Below are positions 61,330 through 64,000 of a stretch of 64,000 nucleotides of DNA, in pieces; position 1 is the stretch's first letter; every line of letters starts with the position of its first letter. This stretch comes from Octopus vulgaris (Eukaryota). The position numbers and the translations under genes are program-made. The stretch is taken from the NCBI GenBank assembly GCA_951406725.2, contig OX597817.1, positions 52,390,001-52,454,000 on the forward strand, in the 5' to 3' direction. The notes under the pieces were generated by a model. The model ran no database searches. It worked only from the letters and a program-made list of their open reading frames with translations, and was not told the origin of the DNA.

Positions 61330-61868
61330 CACCACCAGTGGTACATTTTCATAATTTGAGAAAATATTTTATTCTGTATCTTTTGCCATTGTTTTCAGAA
61401 TATTTAAATAAGATGAGTACTAAATATTAAAGTTTAATTATGAAATATTGTAAAAATGCAAAAAACAAATTCAGTTTCCTTGTAACTAAACTGTTTGTAG
61501 TGTGACCAGAAGAATGTGACGTCACTAAGTTCTGGTAACAGGCCATAGTGGTTAACATGGCATGGACCGAATAGAACCTGTTGGACATATGTCCCACCCC
61601 TGGAGCTGAGTAATAGCCATTTCAAAAACGTCTGTCCTCTCTGCACTACCAGTGGTACATTTTCATAATTTGAGAAAATATTTTATTCTGTGTTTTTTGC
61701 CATTGTTTTCAGAATATTTAAATAAGATGAGTACTAAATATTAAAGTTTAATTATGAAATATTGCAAAAAACAAATTCAATTTCCTTGTAACTAAACTGT
61801 TTGTAGTGTGACCAGAAGAATATGACATCACTGTAAGTTCCAGTAACAGACCATAGTGGTTAACATGG
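61261..61868. repeat. About 315-bp tandem duplication containing the right terminus of the DD41D element
   Basis: 61261-61560 is near-identical to 61576-61868. Confidence 0.9.
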
Positions 61869-63690
61869 TAATTTGTTTTAAACACCTGCTTAATAAATGA
61901 CAGTTATTTTCTAAATTCTTTATTTTCAAAATAAATTGCAACAAACAGTGGTGTTATCTCAACAAAAAAATGGCAACAGAAAGATTAAGCCAGTTTATTC
62001 CTCTAATTAAATGGTGACTTAATTATATTATTAAAAAAAAATTTTTTTTTTACATATTTTAATTTGGATTTTATTTATTTTAAAAAATTTGTTTCCGATT
62101 TTATTTCTGCATCAGTTGTGTGTGTAATTTAAAAAAAAAAAGCTGGTATGACATTGGCATGACTACTCCATAAAGAATTTATAGTCTCTGGTAAACTGAG
62201 TCAGCCATGCAAGTTCAATTCCCAGTTAAGTCAGTTCATTTAATTTACTCTTTGTACCTGTGATTTTCAGCTGTAATTAATTTGTTTGGAGATGGATGAG
62301 ATCCACCAAGCTGACTTGCCCTAAATTAAACTAAATAACAAAGGCCTTCATGTGGCTCTGCCATGAAATTCCCTATCATGTAAATAACTTCCTTGTGACT
62401 TTGAATGATTTATTTTTCAGTTGGTTTCCTATTTTTGTATCTCCAAAAGGGACTTTGTAATAAATAAAGTGATGAATATACAACTGACATATATTTTCAT
62501 GACAAAAGCACAAAAAAATTCCAAAGAAATAAATAAAGGAAAAATGATATTGTCTATTTTCTTGTCTTTTTTTTTGTTTTTAATGTAATTTGTTTGTATA
62601 ACATATATGTAATTTAGTCATTGTGCTAATAATAACTATGGGTGTGAGCTGGCATAATGTTAATGCACTTTTCTCATGGATTGACATTCTGAGTTCAAAT
62701 CTCACCAAGGTCGACTATGCTTTTCATCCTTTCAGGGTTGACAGATACCAGTTGAATATTGTGGTCAGTATAATTGACTAGTCCATTCTCCCAAGATTTT
62801 AGGCCATGTGCCTATAGTACAAAGAACTATTATTATTATTATTATGTGAGAGAGCAGTGCATGCCATCAAAGTGACACTGGGGTAAATATACGAAGCCCA
62901 GTATACCCATCATGACTACCTGTCTGATAAGGGTACACCAAGCACATACATCACAACCATATGTGCGCAACATGGTGATCTCATTTCTTCTGGTCGAGTA
63001 GCCCATCCTGCTCAAAAGGTCCCTGAATAAGGATTGTTTAAGGATGTTGAACGAACCACCCATGTTTCCAAAAGTGAATTATCCAAACCGCTAAGAATTC
63101 CTTTTAACACACGGCTATGATGCTCCCCCACTAATTCTGCTTGTGATCAGAGATGCACACATCATCAGCCACTAAGGGACAGGCTCAACTGGTTAAAGTC
63201 AAACAACTGACAAGCAAATCTGTGGTATTGAGCAGAATATTTGCTGTAGCCCATCTTTTATACCAAGACAAAACAATGTACATGATAACACTTTCAATCA
63301 GTTAAGATTGGAAGCCATAAGAGCCACTGCCTGGTACTGCATCAGGACATTTATACTGCATCAAGGCATAATTATTATTATTATTATTCATGCGTTCACT
63401 TATTTTGTATACTATGCATACTTTTCTCATTTCAGTTTCCTTTCCCATTCCACCCCCAAAATTATAGACTGCCCTTGTAATGTCCCCCTGTGGAAAATGA
63501 AAAAGAATCCTCCTCCTTTTCATTATTATTATTACTATTTTTTCATTCTGAGCTCATATTCACTTTTCATCCTCTTGGGGTCAATAAAATAAGTACCAGT
63601 TGAGCACTGGGGTTGACGAAATCAACTAGCCCCCTTCCCCCAAATTAGGGGCCTAATGCCTGTAGTATAAAAGATTATTATTACTACATA

Positions 63691-63950
63691 AGGCAGTAGA
63701 TTGGCATAGTGGTTAAGAGTGCGGGCTACTAACCCCAAGAGTCCGAGTTCGATTCCAGGCAGTGACCTGAATAATATTGAAAAATACCTTAGGAACAAGA
63801 ACCCATATTCAAAATTTCCCTAAGACACCTGATGAAATCTAGAGGGTATATCAGCCGAAATATTGTGTTAACAACAAACAAGACATGGACAAATATCTGT
63901 CAGATGCAAATAATGTACATAATTCCTCATCTCTTAAAATATAGAACAGA
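63691..63950 (+). mobile_element. tRNA-headed SINE with a Penelope-like 3' part
   Basis: tggcatagtggttaagagtgc A-box, gagttcgattcc B-box, downstream ctgatga...cagccgaaa. Confidence 0.6.
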
Positions 63951-64000
63951 ATTGAAATCAAATTCGATGACTGGCATCCGTGCTAGTGGAGTGCTAAGAA

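Overview
Repeat-rich animal genomic DNA; the SINE, Helitron and microsatellite repertoire suggests a coleoid cephalopod, probably Octopus (inference). The only host protein-coding gene I can support is the 3' part of a miRNA-class Argonaute on the + strand. It has 12 GT-AG-bounded coding exons from 1576 to the TAA at 24825-24827 (1554 nt, 517 aa), colinear without indels with human AGO2 residues 343-859 (end of PAZ, L2, MID, PIWI). The standout observation is that the slicer tetrad reads D-E-N-H: the D669-equivalent codon is AAT (Asn, 19476-19478), one A-to-I edit from GAT (Asp). Several other conserved residues also differ by a first-position G-to-A change, which raises the untested hypothesis of an Argonaute whose slicer activity is gated by RNA editing. 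The rest is transposon debris: tRNA-headed SINEs, non-autonomous Helitrons, Penelope-like ends with hammerhead-like cores, RTE/CR1/Tx1 LINE fragments, Tc1, DD41D and mariner relics, MITEs, a truncated Gypsy element, a decayed C2H2 zinc-finger repeat array and several local duplications. Most ORFs in the supplied track are repeat artefacts. All coordinates were read by eye; repeat boundaries are approximate.
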